From: an uncultured Alphaproteobacteria bacterium
GTDB taxonomy: Bacteria > Pseudomonadota > Alphaproteobacteria > HIMB59
NCBI GenBank assembly: GCA_902530745.1
Contig: CACABO010000003.1
Location: 53,397-117,396 of the forward strand
Direction of reading: 5' to 3'
Length of the DNA: 64,000 bases
The position numbers and the translations under genes are program-made. Every line of letters begins with the position of its first letter. Positions within the stretch are counted from its first letter, which is position 1. The notes under the pieces are model-generated. The model ran no database searches and was not told where the DNA came from. It saw only the letters and a list, made by a program, of their open reading frames with translations. Positions 1-11,010 of this stretch are shown here, piece by piece.

Positions 1-585
1 TCAATAACTTCCTCAAAAAAAAGTTTATTATCAAAGAATTCAGATATTAATTTAATGTTACCTAACCATATAGAAGCTGATAAATTGCAAATAATTCCTA
101 CAACTTCTTCTACTATGGCTTTAGCACTTGGTGACGCTCTATGTTGTTCGGTATTAAGTTTAAGAAAATTTGACAAAAGATCATTTAGTGAACTACACCC
201 TGGAGGAAAAATTGGAAAAAAATTAAAAACACTTAATGAAATTATGGATACTGAGATACCTATTATTCAATCAAACTCAACTATAATTGATGCAGTTTTA
301 ATTATGACTGAAAAAAAATATGGTTGTGTTGTGGTTTTAGGTAAAGATAAAAAAATAAAAGGTATCATTACTGATGGTGATTTAAGAAGATCTATTGCGA
401 AGATTGATATTAAGGAAAAGGCTACACGTATTATGAAAAGTAGGCCAGTAGTAGCAAGCAAAGACTTATTAATTTCATCAGCCATAGTGCTTATGAATAA
501 ATATTCGATCACAAGCCTTATAGTTGCAAAGCAAAATAAACCGATTGGCATCGTTAATTTAAAGCAATGTTTAGAAAATGACTAA
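1..585 (+). CDS. kdsD: Arabinose-5-phosphate isomerase (KpsF/GutQ family), 5' end outside the window
   Basis: Frame is open from base 1. PTTSSTMALALGDAL and HPGGKIG motifs, tandem CBS domains (GIITDGDLRR). Lies upstream of the lpt genes. Confidence 0.9.
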   Translation, partial: SITSSKKSLLSKNSDINLMLPNHIEADKLQIIPTTSSTMALALGDALCCSVLSLRKFDKRSFSELHPGGKIGKKLKTLNEIMDTEIPIIQSNSTIIDAVLIMTEKKYGCVVVLGKDKKIKGIITDGDLRRSIAKIDIKEKATRIMKSRPVVASKDLLISSAIVLMNKYSITSLIVAKQNKPIGIVNLKQCLEND

Positions 586-1006
586 TAAGTTAAATAAAAA
601 AATAATAAATATTATAATTATAATTATTTTGGGATTACAATTTTTCATATACCTTATTAACCAAAAGCCATTTACAGAAAATTTTAGTCAAAAAAGAATA
701 TCAGTTGAAAACTTTTCAAGCATTGTTTTAAGTAAGTCTGGCATCACTAAAATTGGATCTGAGAAATTAAATAAAATTGATGAAAATAGGATTTATTTAG
801 AAGGTGAGTCTTATCTTGAGAATAAAGAATATAAAATATATGGAAAAAATATTTCAATAAATCTTTTAGATGAAATTTCTAGTAGCAGTGATCCTGTAAA
901 AGTAATTAATTCAATGGGAACATTAAATGCTAAGGGTTTTAAAAATCTTGATTATGATGGTAAAATTATATTTATGGGGAAAGTTGAATTTGTTACCAAA
1001 AATTAA
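578..1006 (+). CDS. lptC: LPS export protein LptC-like
   Basis: Single N-terminal TM helix followed by a beta-rich domain. Sits between kdsD and lptA/lptB. Confidence 0.65.
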   Translation: MTNKLNKKIINIIIIIILGLQFFIYLINQKPFTENFSQKRISVENFSSIVLSKSGITKIGSEKLNKIDENRIYLEGESYLENKEYKIYGKNISINLLDEISSSSDPVKVINSMGTLNAKGFKNLDYDGKIIFMGKVEFVTKN

Positions 1007-1460
1007 AATTTTATATCTTTTTTTGTGTTTAATTATTTTTTCAAATGCCAATTCTGAAAGTTATGTAAAAGCAGGAGAGAGTCTGATATGGGACTCTGAA
1101 AATAAAAACTATACAGCAAATGGAGATGTAGAATTTAGTAATGATAAGTTTATTGCATTTGCAGACAAGATGATCGCATTTTATATAGAGGAAAATGATG
1201 AAGAAATTTTTACTATTGTTGAACTTTTTGAAAATGTAGTAATTGAATTTAAAGATGAGATTTTTAAAGGAAATTACGCTATATACACTCGTGAAGACAA
1301 TATAATAAAACTTACTGGAGAAGTATCAATAAAGTCTCCCACTAGACTACTTACTGGAAACGAGTTAATAGCTGATATTGATAACAATAAAAGAATACTT
1401 AATTCAGCTAATAAAGAATCGCTTGTTGAAGTTTTATTAGAAAATAATGCAAACGATTAA
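990..1460 (+). CDS. lptA: LptA/OstA-family LPS transport protein
   Basis: Signal peptide from a TTG at 990 (ORF track starts at 927). Beta-jellyroll-like repeats (YTANGDVEF, IKLTGEVSI). Directly upstream of lptB. Confidence 0.75.
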   Translation: MLPKIKILYLFLCLIIFSNANSESYVKAGESLIWDSENKNYTANGDVEFSNDKFIAFADKMIAFYIEENDEEIFTIVELFENVVIEFKDEIFKGNYAIYTREDNIIKLTGEVSIKSPTRLLTGNELIADIDNNKRILNSANKESLVEVLLENNAND

Positions 1461-2163
1461 ACTTATTGAAGTTAGTAAAAGCTTTAAATCAAAAAAAGCT
1501 TTAAATAATGTTAATCTAGAATTTCATAATAATAGAATTAATGGATTACTTGGACCAAATGGTAGCGGCAAGACTACTCTATTTAATATTATAGCCGGTT
1601 TTTTATCTCCAGATCTTGGCCAAATTTTTTTGGATGGTAATGATTTAGATGGCAAGAGTTTAAATCATAGAACAAAACTGGGTATTTCTTATCTTCCTCA
1701 AGAGGCATCAATTTTTAGGGATCTTACAGTTTACGATAATATTTTTTCAATTGCAGAGCTATTTCATAATAAAAATGAATCAATTAAAATTACAGATAAT
1801 TTAATTAATCAGTTTTCATTAAATAGTTTCCAAAAAACGAAAGGTAAATTATTATCAGGTGGTGAAAGAAGGAGAACTGAAATAGCGAGAGCTTTAGCAA
1901 GTAGTCCAAAATTCCTATTACTCGATGAGCCGTTTGCAGGCATAGACCCTATAGCTATTGAAGAAGTTAAATCAACCATTTCAATTCTTAAAAAAATGAA
2001 AATTGGGATTATCATAACCGACCATAATGTAAGAGAGGCATTAAGTATTGTTGATTATGGCTATATTATTTATAACGGCGAAATTATTAAATCAGGAAGT
2101 CCAAATGATATTATTTCTGACAAATTTGTTAAAAAAATCTACCTAGGTAAAAATTTTAATTAA
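1447..2163 (+). CDS. lptB: LPS export ABC transporter ATPase
   Basis: Walker A GPNGSGKT, YLPQEASIF, LSGGERRRTEIARAL, LLDEPFAGIDP, ITDHNVRE. Confidence 0.95.
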   Translation: MQTIKLIEVSKSFKSKKALNNVNLEFHNNRINGLLGPNGSGKTTLFNIIAGFLSPDLGQIFLDGNDLDGKSLNHRTKLGISYLPQEASIFRDLTVYDNIFSIAELFHNKNESIKITDNLINQFSLNSFQKTKGKLLSGGERRRTEIARALASSPKFLLLDEPFAGIDPIAIEEVKSTISILKKMKIGIIITDHNVREALSIVDYGYIIYNGEIIKSGSPNDIISDKFVKKIYLGKNFN

Positions 2164-2167
2164 CCTT

Positions 2168-3466
2168 ATGCCCTTAAATAATAGAAGTGTAATAAAAGGT
2201 ACATATAGTCCACCAGGTGATAAATCAATTAGTCATAGAATTTTAATATTAACAGGACAGGCCATAGGCAAATCAAAAATTTTTAATTTATTAGATGGTG
2301 AGGACGTTATTAACACTTTAAAAGCAATGAGATTATTAGGTGCAAAAATTATTAAAAAAAATAATACTTATGAAGTTTTTGGTGTGCCCCCAGGTGGATT
2401 ACTTCAGCCCAAAAAAGTTATAGATTTTGGGAATTCAGGGACTGGAATTAGGCTGATATCTGGACTGATTTCATCAAACAATATTAATGTAAAATTAATT
2501 GGAGATAATTCTTTGAATAACAGACCTATGAAAAGAGTCACAAAACATTTATCCAGAATAGGTGCAAAAATTAATTTAAGAAAACTAACTTTCCCTCCAA
2601 TAAAGATAATTGGGACAGGGAATGCTTTACCATTAACATTCGATATTCTTATCCCCTCTGCACAAATTAAAAGTGCAATTATGCTATCAGCATTAAATAC
2701 TAATGGAACAGTAAAAATTAAAGAGTTTAAAACAACAAGAGATCATACAGAAAATATGCTTAAGTCGATGAAATACAATATTAAAGTCAAAGAAAGTTCG
2801 ATGCACAGATTTATAGAAATGAAAAACAATAAAGATCTTAAAACAATAAATTATAGTGTGCCAGGTGATCCCTCATCGGCAGCTTTTTTGATTTCTGCTG
2901 CTTGTCTAAAACTAGGATCTAGACTTATTGTTAGAAATATGCTTTTTAACAAAACAAGAGTTGGTTTTATTAAAACTTTGAAAAAAATGGGTGGTAATAT
3001 CAAATTAATAAGTAAAAGAAAAATTCACAATGAGTTAATTGCTGATCTTATAATTGAGCAAAAAAAAAATTTGAATTCAACTGTACTAGAACCAGTTGAT
3101 ATACCGTTACAAGTTGATGAAATTCCGATTTTATCGATAGTTGCTTCATTTGCAAATGGGTTAACAATATTTAAAGGTTTAAAAGAGCTCACAGTTAAAG
3201 AGAGTGATAGGTTGTTACTCATTTATGAAAATTTAATAAAAATTGGCGTTAAAGCTGAGATTAAAAATTATGATTTATATATATACGGCAGTTGCGATTT
3301 AAAAAAAGGCTCTGGTTATATTAAACATAATGATGATCATAGAATATTAATGTCTTTTTATATTTCAAATATCATTTGTAAAAAAAATAATGTTATAAAA
3401 GGTAAATCGTGTGTAAAAACAAGCTATCCAAGGTTTTTTAAAGATATATCAAAATTTATTAATTAA
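2168..3466 (+). CDS. aroA: 3-phosphoshikimate 1-carboxyvinyltransferase
   Basis: PGDKSISHR, DFGNSGT, SAQIKSA, RDHTE, KESDR, DHRI motifs. Confidence 0.95.
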   Translation: MPLNNRSVIKGTYSPPGDKSISHRILILTGQAIGKSKIFNLLDGEDVINTLKAMRLLGAKIIKKNNTYEVFGVPPGGLLQPKKVIDFGNSGTGIRLISGLISSNNINVKLIGDNSLNNRPMKRVTKHLSRIGAKINLRKLTFPPIKIIGTGNALPLTFDILIPSAQIKSAIMLSALNTNGTVKIKEFKTTRDHTENMLKSMKYNIKVKESSMHRFIEMKNNKDLKTINYSVPGDPSSAAFLISAACLKLGSRLIVRNMLFNKTRVGFIKTLKKMGGNIKLISKRKIHNELIADLIIEQKKNLNSTVLEPVDIPLQVDEIPILSIVASFANGLTIFKGLKELTVKESDRLLLIYENLIKIGVKAEIKNYDLYIYGSCDLKKGSGYIKHNDDHRILMSFYISNIICKKNNVIKGKSCVKTSYPRFFKDISKFIN

Positions 3467-3533
3467 TTTTTCTTGAAAAACATCAATAAAACTTTAAAAC
3501 GATTTAACCGATTTGAAAGGTAAATAATGACTT

Positions 3534-5231
3534 ATGATATCTAACGACGAATATAGCAAATTGCTAGACCAACAATTCGAGACTAAAAATACAATCGCTG
3601 CAAATAAGATAATTTCTGGAACAATTTTAAAAATAAGTGACCAACACATAACTGTCGATATTGGATACAAAAGTGAAGGACAGATACCCAAAGAAGAATT
3701 CCTAAATACAGGATCTATGGATGATCTTAAAACAGGACAAGAAATTGAGGTGTTTGTTGAAAAATTAGAGGATCGAGAAGGTAATGTTAAAGTATCTCAC
3801 GAAAAAGCAATTAAAATGAAGTCATGGGAAAAACTCCAAAAAGTTTTTGATAATAAAGAAAGAGTAAAAGGTTTTATTGTTGGTAAAGCTAAAGCAGGTC
3901 TATATGTAAAGATTATGGGAACAAATGCATTCTTGCCACTTAGTCAGATTGATGTTCGACCAGTTAGAGATGTGAGCCACCTTATAAAGACTGAAGAAAC
4001 TTTTGAAATTCTTAAAATGGATTATTCAAAAGGAAATATTGTTGTTTCAAGAAAAGCTATTCTTGAAGAAAAGCAAAAAGAAATAAAAAACCAAATATTG
4101 CAAAAATCACAAGGTGAATCTGTTGTTACAGGTAAAGTTAAAACATTTACAGACTATGGAGCTTTTGTTGATTTGGGTGGGATAGACGGTCTAGTTCATT
4201 TAAGTGATATATCTTGGAGTAGAATTGGACATCCCTCAGATGTACTTGAAATTGGTAAAAAATATGAATTTAAAATTCTGAAAGTGTCTGATGACTCAGA
4301 TAAAATTAGTTTAGGTTACAAACAGTTGAAAGACGACCCATGGGAGAAAATAGAAGAAAAGATTCAGCAAAATGAAATTTATGATGGCAAAATTACTCAT
4401 ATTACTGACTATGGTGCCTTTGTGCAGCTAACAGAGAAAGACTTAGAGGGTCTTGTTCACTCAAATGATATTAGTTGGACTAAAAAGAATATTCATCCAA
4501 ATAAAATACTTGAAGTTGGATTCAATATTCGAGTAAAAATTTTAGAAATTGATAAAGAAAAGAAAAGAATAAGCCTTGGTATAAAGCAGACTGAACCCAA
4601 TCCATGGGAAAATATTCTCAATGAATACAAGAAAGATCAAATAATTGATACTGAGATAAAAAATATTACTGAGTTTGGAATATTTGCAAAATTGAATGAA
4701 AATATTGACGGACTTATACATAAAAATGATCTTTCATGGACTGACTCAAACGGCGACAGAACACTTAAAAAATATCAAAAAGGACAGAGTATTCAGGTTA
4801 AAATTTTGGAAATAGACCCAGAAAAAGAGAAAATCAGCTTTGGAGTAAAACAGCTCTCTGCTGATCCTTTTCATGAATTTTTTAAAGATAAATCAAAGGG
4901 CGATATCGTATCTGCAAATATAATTAAAATTAATAATAATGGAATCGATGTTGAGGTAGCAAACTTTATTTCAACAACTATTAGAAGAAAAGAACTCTCA
5001 AAAAATAAGGAAGAGCAAAATATATCTAGATATAATGAGGGTCAAAAAATTGACGCTAAAATTAGCTCAATCGACCTAACTAATCGAAAATTTTCGTTAT
5101 CGATTAGGCAACTAGAAATAGATGAAGAACAAAGTTTGTTACAGAAATATGGATCTAAATCTTCCGGTTCAGTTTTAGGTGATATCCTTGGTAAGGCTTT
5201 GGATGAGGATAAGGACACCAAAGAAGAATAA
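3534..5231 (+). CDS. rpsA: 30S ribosomal protein S1
   Basis: 565 aa with repeated S1 domains (DYGAFVDLGGIDGLVH, ISLGIKQ). Confidence 0.96.
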   Translation: MISNDEYSKLLDQQFETKNTIAANKIISGTILKISDQHITVDIGYKSEGQIPKEEFLNTGSMDDLKTGQEIEVFVEKLEDREGNVKVSHEKAIKMKSWEKLQKVFDNKERVKGFIVGKAKAGLYVKIMGTNAFLPLSQIDVRPVRDVSHLIKTEETFEILKMDYSKGNIVVSRKAILEEKQKEIKNQILQKSQGESVVTGKVKTFTDYGAFVDLGGIDGLVHLSDISWSRIGHPSDVLEIGKKYEFKILKVSDDSDKISLGYKQLKDDPWEKIEEKIQQNEIYDGKITHITDYGAFVQLTEKDLEGLVHSNDISWTKKNIHPNKILEVGFNIRVKILEIDKEKKRISLGIKQTEPNPWENILNEYKKDQIIDTEIKNITEFGIFAKLNENIDGLIHKNDLSWTDSNGDRTLKKYQKGQSIQVKILEIDPEKEKISFGVKQLSADPFHEFFKDKSKGDIVSANIIKINNNGIDVEVANFISTTIRRKELSKNKEEQNISRYNEGQKIDAKISSIDLTNRKFSLSIRQLEIDEEQSLLQKYGSKSSGSVLGDILGKALDEDKDTKEE

Positions 5232-5508
5232 GTCTGATATTTTAAAGACTTATTTACAATCAGAAATTGATTTAACACCTGAAATTAACAAAGAGATATT
5301 TAATAGATTTTTTGAGATTTTAGAAAAAAATATTTCTCACCACGTCTCCGTAGAACTAAGGAACTTTGGTGTTTTTAAATCTAAATATATGAAGTCCAGA
5401 TACGGTTCTGACCCAAGAAATAAAAAGAAAATATATATTCCCTCTAAATGGAAGGTTACATTCAAATCTAGTGAAAATATTAATAAAAAATTAAATGAAA
5501 AAATTTAA
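5203..5508 (+). CDS. ihfB: Integration host factor beta / HU-family DNA-binding protein
   Basis: VELRNFGVF and a divergent GRNP-like arm (GSDPRN), VTFKSS. Conserved position after rpsA. Start placed at ATG 5203. Confidence 0.75.
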   Translation: MRIRTPKKNKSDILKTYLQSEIDLTPEINKEIFNRFFEILEKNISHHVSVELRNFGVFKSKYMKSRYGSDPRNKKKIYIPSKWKVTFKSSENINKKLNEKI

Positions 5509-6202
5509 ATCTTTCATAGCTTTAGATCTTAAATCAAATACTCAAAATATTAGTATTGTAAAACAGTTATATCACCAAGTTTATGGTTTTAAAGTAGGTT
5601 ATAGAGCTTTTTATAATAATCGTTCAGAAGGGCTTATATCAGAAATTAAAAAGTCGAAATGTAAATTATTCCTTGATTTAAAACTTCATGATATTCCGAA
5701 CACAGTTAGTAGTGCGATAAACTCTTTATCGAATATAAATCCTGATTTTCTTACCTTGCATATATCGGGTGGTAACGAGATGATGAAAGCTGCATTAAAC
5801 TCCATAAAAAAAAATAAACTTAAAACTAAAATTTTAGGGGTCACCTTATTAACTAGCTTGGATGGGAAAGATAGCAAAAAAATATATGAAGAGAGAAATA
5901 CAAAAAAACTTGTAAAAAAATTTGCTGAAATTGCAAATAATGTAAACATTCACGGCATTATTTGTTCAGGTGATGACCTAAAAGTTTTAGGAAAGTTTAA
6001 TAAACTAATAAAAATAACACCTGGTGTAAAAATGTTTGCTAAAAATGATGACCAAAAAAGAGTTACTTTTGTTCATAATGCTTTACAAGATGGTGCAAGC
6101 TTTGTTGTAATAGGAAGAGAATTAATAGAAAGCAAAAGACCTTTAGATTTATTAAAAAAATATGCAGAACAACATAAAAATAAAAATTTGTGGACAAAAT
6201 AA
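5495..6202 (+). CDS. pyrF: Orotidine-5'-phosphate decarboxylase
   Basis: IALD, FLDLKLHDIPNTV, GVTLLTS, TPGV, DDQKR, VIGR motifs. Confidence 0.95.
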   Translation: MKKFKSFIALDLKSNTQNISIVKQLYHQVYGFKVGYRAFYNNRSEGLISEIKKSKCKLFLDLKLHDIPNTVSSAINSLSNINPDFLTLHISGGNEMMKAALNSIKKNKLKTKILGVTLLTSLDGKDSKKIYEERNTKKLVKKFAEIANNVNIHGIICSGDDLKVLGKFNKLIKITPGVKMFAKNDDQKRVTFVHNALQDGASFVVIGRELIESKRPLDLLKKYAEQHKNKNLWTK

Positions 6203-6788
6203 TCCAGCAATTATTAATTACTGTCTTGATTTAAATATTTCTTATCAAGGATTAATTTTTTATGAAAAAAGTCCAAGGTTCATTGATATGGACACACTAT
6301 CTCTAGTTAACCAATATTTTAAATCACATAAAAATAAATTTGTGGGTGTTTTTGTTAATCCGTCAATTGATGAAATTAAAAATAAATTGGAAGTTTTTGA
6401 TTTTGATACAATTCAACTTCATGGAAATGAAGATCAAAACCTCATAAGTGAAGTTAAAAATAATTTTAAAAAAAATATATATAAATCAATATCCCCAGAG
6501 GATTTTAAAACAACTGAGTTAATTGATGTAGATAAGTTCCTCATCGAAGCGAAACCCTCTTCAAATCAGATGCCTGGAGGAAATAATAAAACTTGGGATT
6601 GGTCTGATTTTAAAAATAAAAAAAAACTTCCTTATATTTTATCAGGAGGTCTAAATGTCACTAATATCAAAAAGGCAATTAACTTAACAGGTGCGGATTT
6701 TGTTGATATAAATTCTGGTGTAGAGGAACAACCAGGTGAAAAAAGCCTTACTTTGATAGATGGCATTATTTCATCAATTTATAATTAA
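6162..6788 (+). CDS. trpF: Phosphoribosylanthranilate isomerase
   Basis: [37 protein letters not shown]. Confidence 0.93.
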   Translation: MQNNIKIKICGQNNPAIINYCLDLNISYQGLIFYEKSPRFIDMDTLSLVNQYFKSHKNKFVGVFVNPSIDEIKNKLEVFDFDTIQLHGNEDQNLISEVKNNFKKNIYKSISPEDFKTTELIDVDKFLIEAKPSSNQMPGGNNKTWDWSDFKNKKKLPYILSGGLNVTNIKKAINLTGADFVDINSGVEEQPGEKSLTLIDGIISSIYN

Positions 6789-7993
6789 TGAAAAAATATA
6801 AACAACCTAGCACTATTGGAAGATTTGGTGAGTTTGGTGGAATGTATGTTTCAGAAACATTAATGCCCCTATTATTAAATTTAGATAAATATTACAAAAA
6901 AATTCAAAAAGATAAAAAATTTAAAAAAGAACTAAATGATCTTTTTAAAAACTATGTAGGTAGGCCCTCTTCGTTGCACTATGCTAAAAATTTATCTAAA
7001 TATATTAATGGACCAAAAGTATATTTTAAAAGAGATGAGCTAAATCATACAGGTGCCCATAAAATCAATAATTGCTTGGGACAAATACTCCTTGCAAAAA
7101 AAATGGGCAAAACAAGAATTATCGCTGAAACAGGTGCTGGACAACATGGAGTCGCAACAGCTACTGTTTGTGCTCTTTTTGGTCTTCCTTGTTATATTTA
7201 CATGGGGTCAAAAGATATCGAAAGACAAAAACCTAATGTTTTTAGAATGAAGCTTCTGGGGGCCACCATTATTCCTGTTAAGTCTGGCAGTAAATCTTTA
7301 AAAGATGCTATGAATGAAGCTTTGAGAGATTGGATTAAGAACGTCAGAGATACTTTTTATATTATCGGTTCTACCGCAGGTCCTCACCCCTATCCAAAAA
7401 TGGTAAGAGATTTTCAGTCTGTAATTGGAAAAGAAGCCAGAGAACAAATATTAAAAGTAGAGAAAAAACTACCAGATTATTTGATTGCTTGTGTTGGAGG
7501 GGGGTCAAATGCCATGGGTTTATTCTATCCATTTTTGAATGATAAAAATGTAAAGATTATTGGAGTTGAGGCAGCTGGTAAGGGCGCCAAAACAGAAGAA
7601 ACAGCTGCTACAATGACATCTGGAACTCCTGGTATTTTACATGGTAGTTACAGTTATGTCTTACAAGACAATGATGGACAAATAAAAGAGGCTCACTCTA
7701 TTTCTGCCGGCCTCGATTACCCTGGTGTAGGACCTGAACACTCTTACTTAAAAGATATTAAAAGAGTTAAGTACTTTGGTATAACTGATAAAGAAGCTCT
7801 TGAAGCGTTTCAAACATGTTCAAGACTAGAGGGAATTATTCCAGCACTTGAACCTTCCCATGCCCTAGCCTACTTAATTAAAGCGTTTAAAAATAAACAT
7901 AAAAACAAAGTTGTAATTTTAAATTTGTGTGGACGAGGTGATAAAGATTTATTTACCGCAGCTAGGGCAATAGGAATTGATGCAGATGAATAA
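6788..7993 (+). CDS. trpB: Tryptophan synthase beta chain
   Basis: [11 protein letters not shown] (PLP lysine), [32 protein letters not shown]. Confidence 0.98.
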   Translation: MKKYKQPSTIGRFGEFGGMYVSETLMPLLLNLDKYYKKIQKDKKFKKELNDLFKNYVGRPSSLHYAKNLSKYINGPKVYFKRDELNHTGAHKINNCLGQILLAKKMGKTRIIAETGAGQHGVATATVCALFGLPCYIYMGSKDIERQKPNVFRMKLLGATIIPVKSGSKSLKDAMNEALRDWIKNVRDTFYIIGSTAGPHPYPKMVRDFQSVIGKEAREQILKVEKKLPDYLIACVGGGSNAMGLFYPFLNDKNVKIIGVEAAGKGAKTEETAATMTSGTPGILHGSYSYVLQDNDGQIKEAHSISAGLDYPGVGPEHSYLKDIKRVKYFGITDKEALEAFQTCSRLEGIIPALEPSHALAYLIKAFKNKHKNKVVILNLCGRGDKDLFTAARAIGIDADE

Positions 7994-8768
7994 TCTAGAC
8001 ACACTTCCTAAGAAAAAAATACTCTCATTATTTATGACGTGTGGGTTTCCTACACTAAATCATAGCAAAAAGATTTTTAATGAAATGTTATCTCATCAAC
8101 CAGATATTATTGAGTTTGGGCTTCCCTTTTCTGATCCGATGGCAGATGGCCCTATTATCCAAGAGGCAAATAAACTTGCACTTAGATCAAAATTATCAAC
8201 ACAACAATCACTTAATTTAATTAAAGAATTAAATAAATCTAAAAATAATACTTCATTTGTTATTATGTGTTATTTAAATACTGTCCGTAAATTTGGATTA
8301 AATAAATTCATCAAAAATATTAAAAGTATTGTCGATGGTATAATAATTGTTGATTTGCCTTTTGAAGAAGAAGATGCAATCAAAAAATCATTATCTAAAA
8401 ATAACATCCACTTGATTAAATTAATCTCTCCAATGACTGATAAAAAAAGATCTCAAAAACTTCTAAAAAATTCAAAAGGATTTATCTATTACATATCAGC
8501 AACTGGAATCACTGGTTCAAATAAATTAGATTACAAAGAAATAAATAAAAATGTTAAATCTATAAAAAAAATGTCTTCTGTTCCTGTTTTAGTTGGATTT
8601 GGGATCAAGTCTAAAAAAGATGTCATTGATATATCCAAAAAAACAAATGCAGATGGTGTTATAATTGGCTCAGCTCTAATTCAAAAATATTTTAATCTAA
8701 AAAAGGATTTTAATAAGTACCTTAAAAGCCTTAAAAAATTTATTCAAGAGGTTAAGATCAAAAAATGA
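7977..8768 (+). CDS. trpA: Tryptophan synthase alpha chain
   Basis: [36 protein letters not shown]. The true start may be a few codons downstream. Confidence 0.96.
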   Translation: MMQMNNLDTLPKKKILSLFMTCGFPTLNHSKKIFNEMLSHQPDIIEFGLPFSDPMADGPIIQEANKLALRSKLSTQQSLNLIKELNKSKNNTSFVIMCYLNTVRKFGLNKFIKNIKSIVDGIIIVDLPFEEEDAIKKSLSKNNIHLIKLISPMTDKKRSQKLLKNSKGFIYYISATGITGSNKLDYKEINKNVKSIKKMSSVPVLVGFGIKSKKDVIDISKKTNADGVIIGSALIQKYFNLKKDFNKYLKSLKKFIQEVKIKK

Positions 8769-9610
8769 ACTGGCTCACAGATTATGTAAAACCTAAATTA
8801 AGCTCCCTTGTTAGTCGAAAAGAACCTCCGTCTGATTTATGGACCAAGTGTGGATGTGGGGAAAGAACCTTATATGTAAGCGATTTAAAAGAAAATCTAA
8901 ATGTTTGTTCATATTGTGACTTTCATATGGGGATGGATGTAAATAGTAGATTAAAAAATTTATTTGATAACGAAAATTATGAATTAATCGAGGTACCTTT
9001 TGAAAATAATGATCCTCTAAAATTTAAAGATCTTAAAAAATACACAGACAGGATGAAAGCTGCACAAAAGAAAACTGATCAAAAAGATGCCGCCATTTTA
9101 GCTAAAGGTGAAATTGGAAACACAAAAGTTGTAGTTTTTATTTTAGATTTTAATTTTATGGGTGGTTCAATGGGTCAATTTGTTGGTGAAGCATTTAAAA
9201 TTGGTTGTCAAAACGCTGTTGATTTGAATTGTCCATTTATATCTGTTGCTTCATCAGGAGGTGCAAGGATGCAAGAAGGTATTGTGAGTTTAATGCAACT
9301 ACCTAAAACAGTTGCAGCTGTAAATATGCTAGATCAATATAAAATTCCTTACGTGAGTATTCTAACTCACCCTACCACTGGAGGTGTGAGTGCCTCGTTT
9401 GCGATGCTTGGAGATATTATCATTGCTGAAAAAGGCAGTATGATTGGTTTTGCTGGAAAAAGAGTTATCGAAGAGACAATCAAGGAACAATTACCGGAGG
9501 ACTTTCAGACTGCTGAATACCTTCTTGAACACGGAATGGTTGATATGGTTGTCCATCGAAAAGAATTAAGTCAAACACTTTCAAAAGTTTTATCATTCGT
9601 AAAAAAATAA
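8765..9610 (+). CDS. accD: Acetyl-CoA carboxylase carboxyltransferase beta subunit
   Basis: MNW start, FMGGSMG, SSGGARMQEG, PTTGGVSASFAMLGD, GFAGKRVIE. Confidence 0.97.
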   Translation: MNWLTDYVKPKLSSLVSRKEPPSDLWTKCGCGERTLYVSDLKENLNVCSYCDFHMGMDVNSRLKNLFDNENYELIEVPFENNDPLKFKDLKKYTDRMKAAQKKTDQKDAAILAKGEIGNTKVVVFILDFNFMGGSMGQFVGEAFKIGCQNAVDLNCPFISVASSGGARMQEGIVSLMQLPKTVAAVNMLDQYKIPYVSILTHPTTGGVSASFAMLGDIIIAEKGSMIGFAGKRVIEETIKEQLPEDFQTAEYLLEHGMVDMVVHRKELSQTLSKVLSFVKK

Positions 9611-9614
9611 ATTC

Positions 9615-10862
9615 TTGAAAGATCCCATTTTTCAAAGACTACTAAATCTACATCCAAAATTTTCAGACTTATCTTTAGTGAGAATTAAAAAACTTTTAAA
9701 GAAAATAAATTTTGATGAAAATTCACTGCCCAAAGTCATTCACATAGCTGGTACTAATGGAAAAGGCTCAACAGCAGCTATTTTAAAATCAATTCTCAAT
9801 CATCATGATTATTCAACACACGTGTACTCCACTCCTCACCTAGTAAAATTTAATGAAAGAATTCAATTAAGATCTAAAGAAATTTCAAATCAAAAATTAT
9901 TAAAATATTTAAAGTTTTGCGAAGATAAAAATGAAGGGAATTTGATAACATTTTTTGAAATTACTACTGCGGCAGCGTTTAAAGCTTTTCAAGATCATAA
10001 AGCTGACTATCTAATATTAGAAGTTGGACTTGGAGGAAGATTTGATGCCACAAATATTTTAAAAAAATCAAAGTATGCAGCTATTACTCCAATTTCCTTA
10101 GATCATCAAGATTATTTAGGAAATTCATTGGATCAAATTGCTTTTGAGAAATTAGGAATATTGAACTCAAGAAGTACAATTTTTATTAATCAACAAAAAG
10201 CAAATGTTATGAAATTTATTAAGTCACAATTAAAAAAAAGAAAATTAAATGCAAATATATTTAATACACATTGGAAAATAAAATCTAATTTTTATTTATC
10301 TGATGATATAAGAATTAATTTATCAAAAATAAGTTTAAAAGGGTCACATCAATTAATTAATGCTGGATTGGCAATACACTTAGCAAGGGATATATTGAAA
10401 GAAAAGTTTTTAATAGAAAAAACAGAAAAAGCGTTGATGAATTGTGAGTGGCCTGGGAGATTACAACAAATTAAGAGTGGACCTCTAAAGAAAAAAATAA
10501 AGAAATATAAGGATATTTACTTAGATGGGTTTCACAATATCGATGGAATGAAAGCATTACTTAAATCATTAACAAAAAATAGAAAAATACTTATATGCTC
10601 TTTTTTAAATAATAAAAAATATACTCAAATGCTCTCTAGCTTATCAAATCATTTTAATAAAATAATTGTTGTTAAAATGAACGAGGAAAACTCCATTACT
10701 GAAGATCTATTACCCAAATACCTGAAGCTTTATTTTGCAAATTCCTTATCAGACTCATTTAAAATTATTAATAAACTTTCATCAAATCAGACCTCAATTT
10801 ATTTTGGAGGATCATTATATTTTATAGGTGAAGTGATAAAATTAAATCGTTTAAAAAATTAG
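9615..10862 (+). CDS. folC: Folylpolyglutamate/dihydrofolate synthase
   Basis: HIAGTNGKGST, PHLVKFNERI, EVGLGGRFDATN, WPGRLQ, GSLYFIG. Confidence 0.95.
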   Translation: MKDPIFQRLLNLHPKFSDLSLVRIKKLLKKINFDENSLPKVIHIAGTNGKGSTAAILKSILNHHDYSTHVYSTPHLVKFNERIQLRSKEISNQKLLKYLKFCEDKNEGNLITFFEITTAAAFKAFQDHKADYLILEVGLGGRFDATNILKKSKYAAITPISLDHQDYLGNSLDQIAFEKLGILNSRSTIFINQQKANVMKFIKSQLKKRKLNANIFNTHWKIKSNFYLSDDIRINLSKISLKGSHQLINAGLAIHLARDILKEKFLIEKTEKALMNCEWPGRLQQIKSGPLKKKIKKYKDIYLDGFHNIDGMKALLKSLTKNRKILICSFLNNKKYTQMLSSLSNHFNKIIVVKMNEENSITEDLLPKYLKLYFANSLSDSFKIINKLSSNQTSIYFGGSLYFIGEVIKLNRLKN

Positions 10863-10974
10863 ATTTTCTCCCTATATGCCGCCAAATAACAAAAATATCC
10901 CCATTTATAAAGATATATTGATTGATCTAAATTTTCTCAGAAAAGTAGGAATTAATAACTAACCTTAATCCTCC

Positions 10975-11010
10975 AGAACCATTCTTGTGGTTTTCTTCAA
11001 GAATGGTTCT
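10975..11010. terminator. 13-bp perfect inverted repeat between convergent folC and DCC genes (probable terminator or 3' hairpin)
   Basis: AGAACCATTCTTG-N10-CAAGAATGGTTCT, abutting the stop codon of the minus-strand DCC gene. No clear U-tract. Confidence 0.5.
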
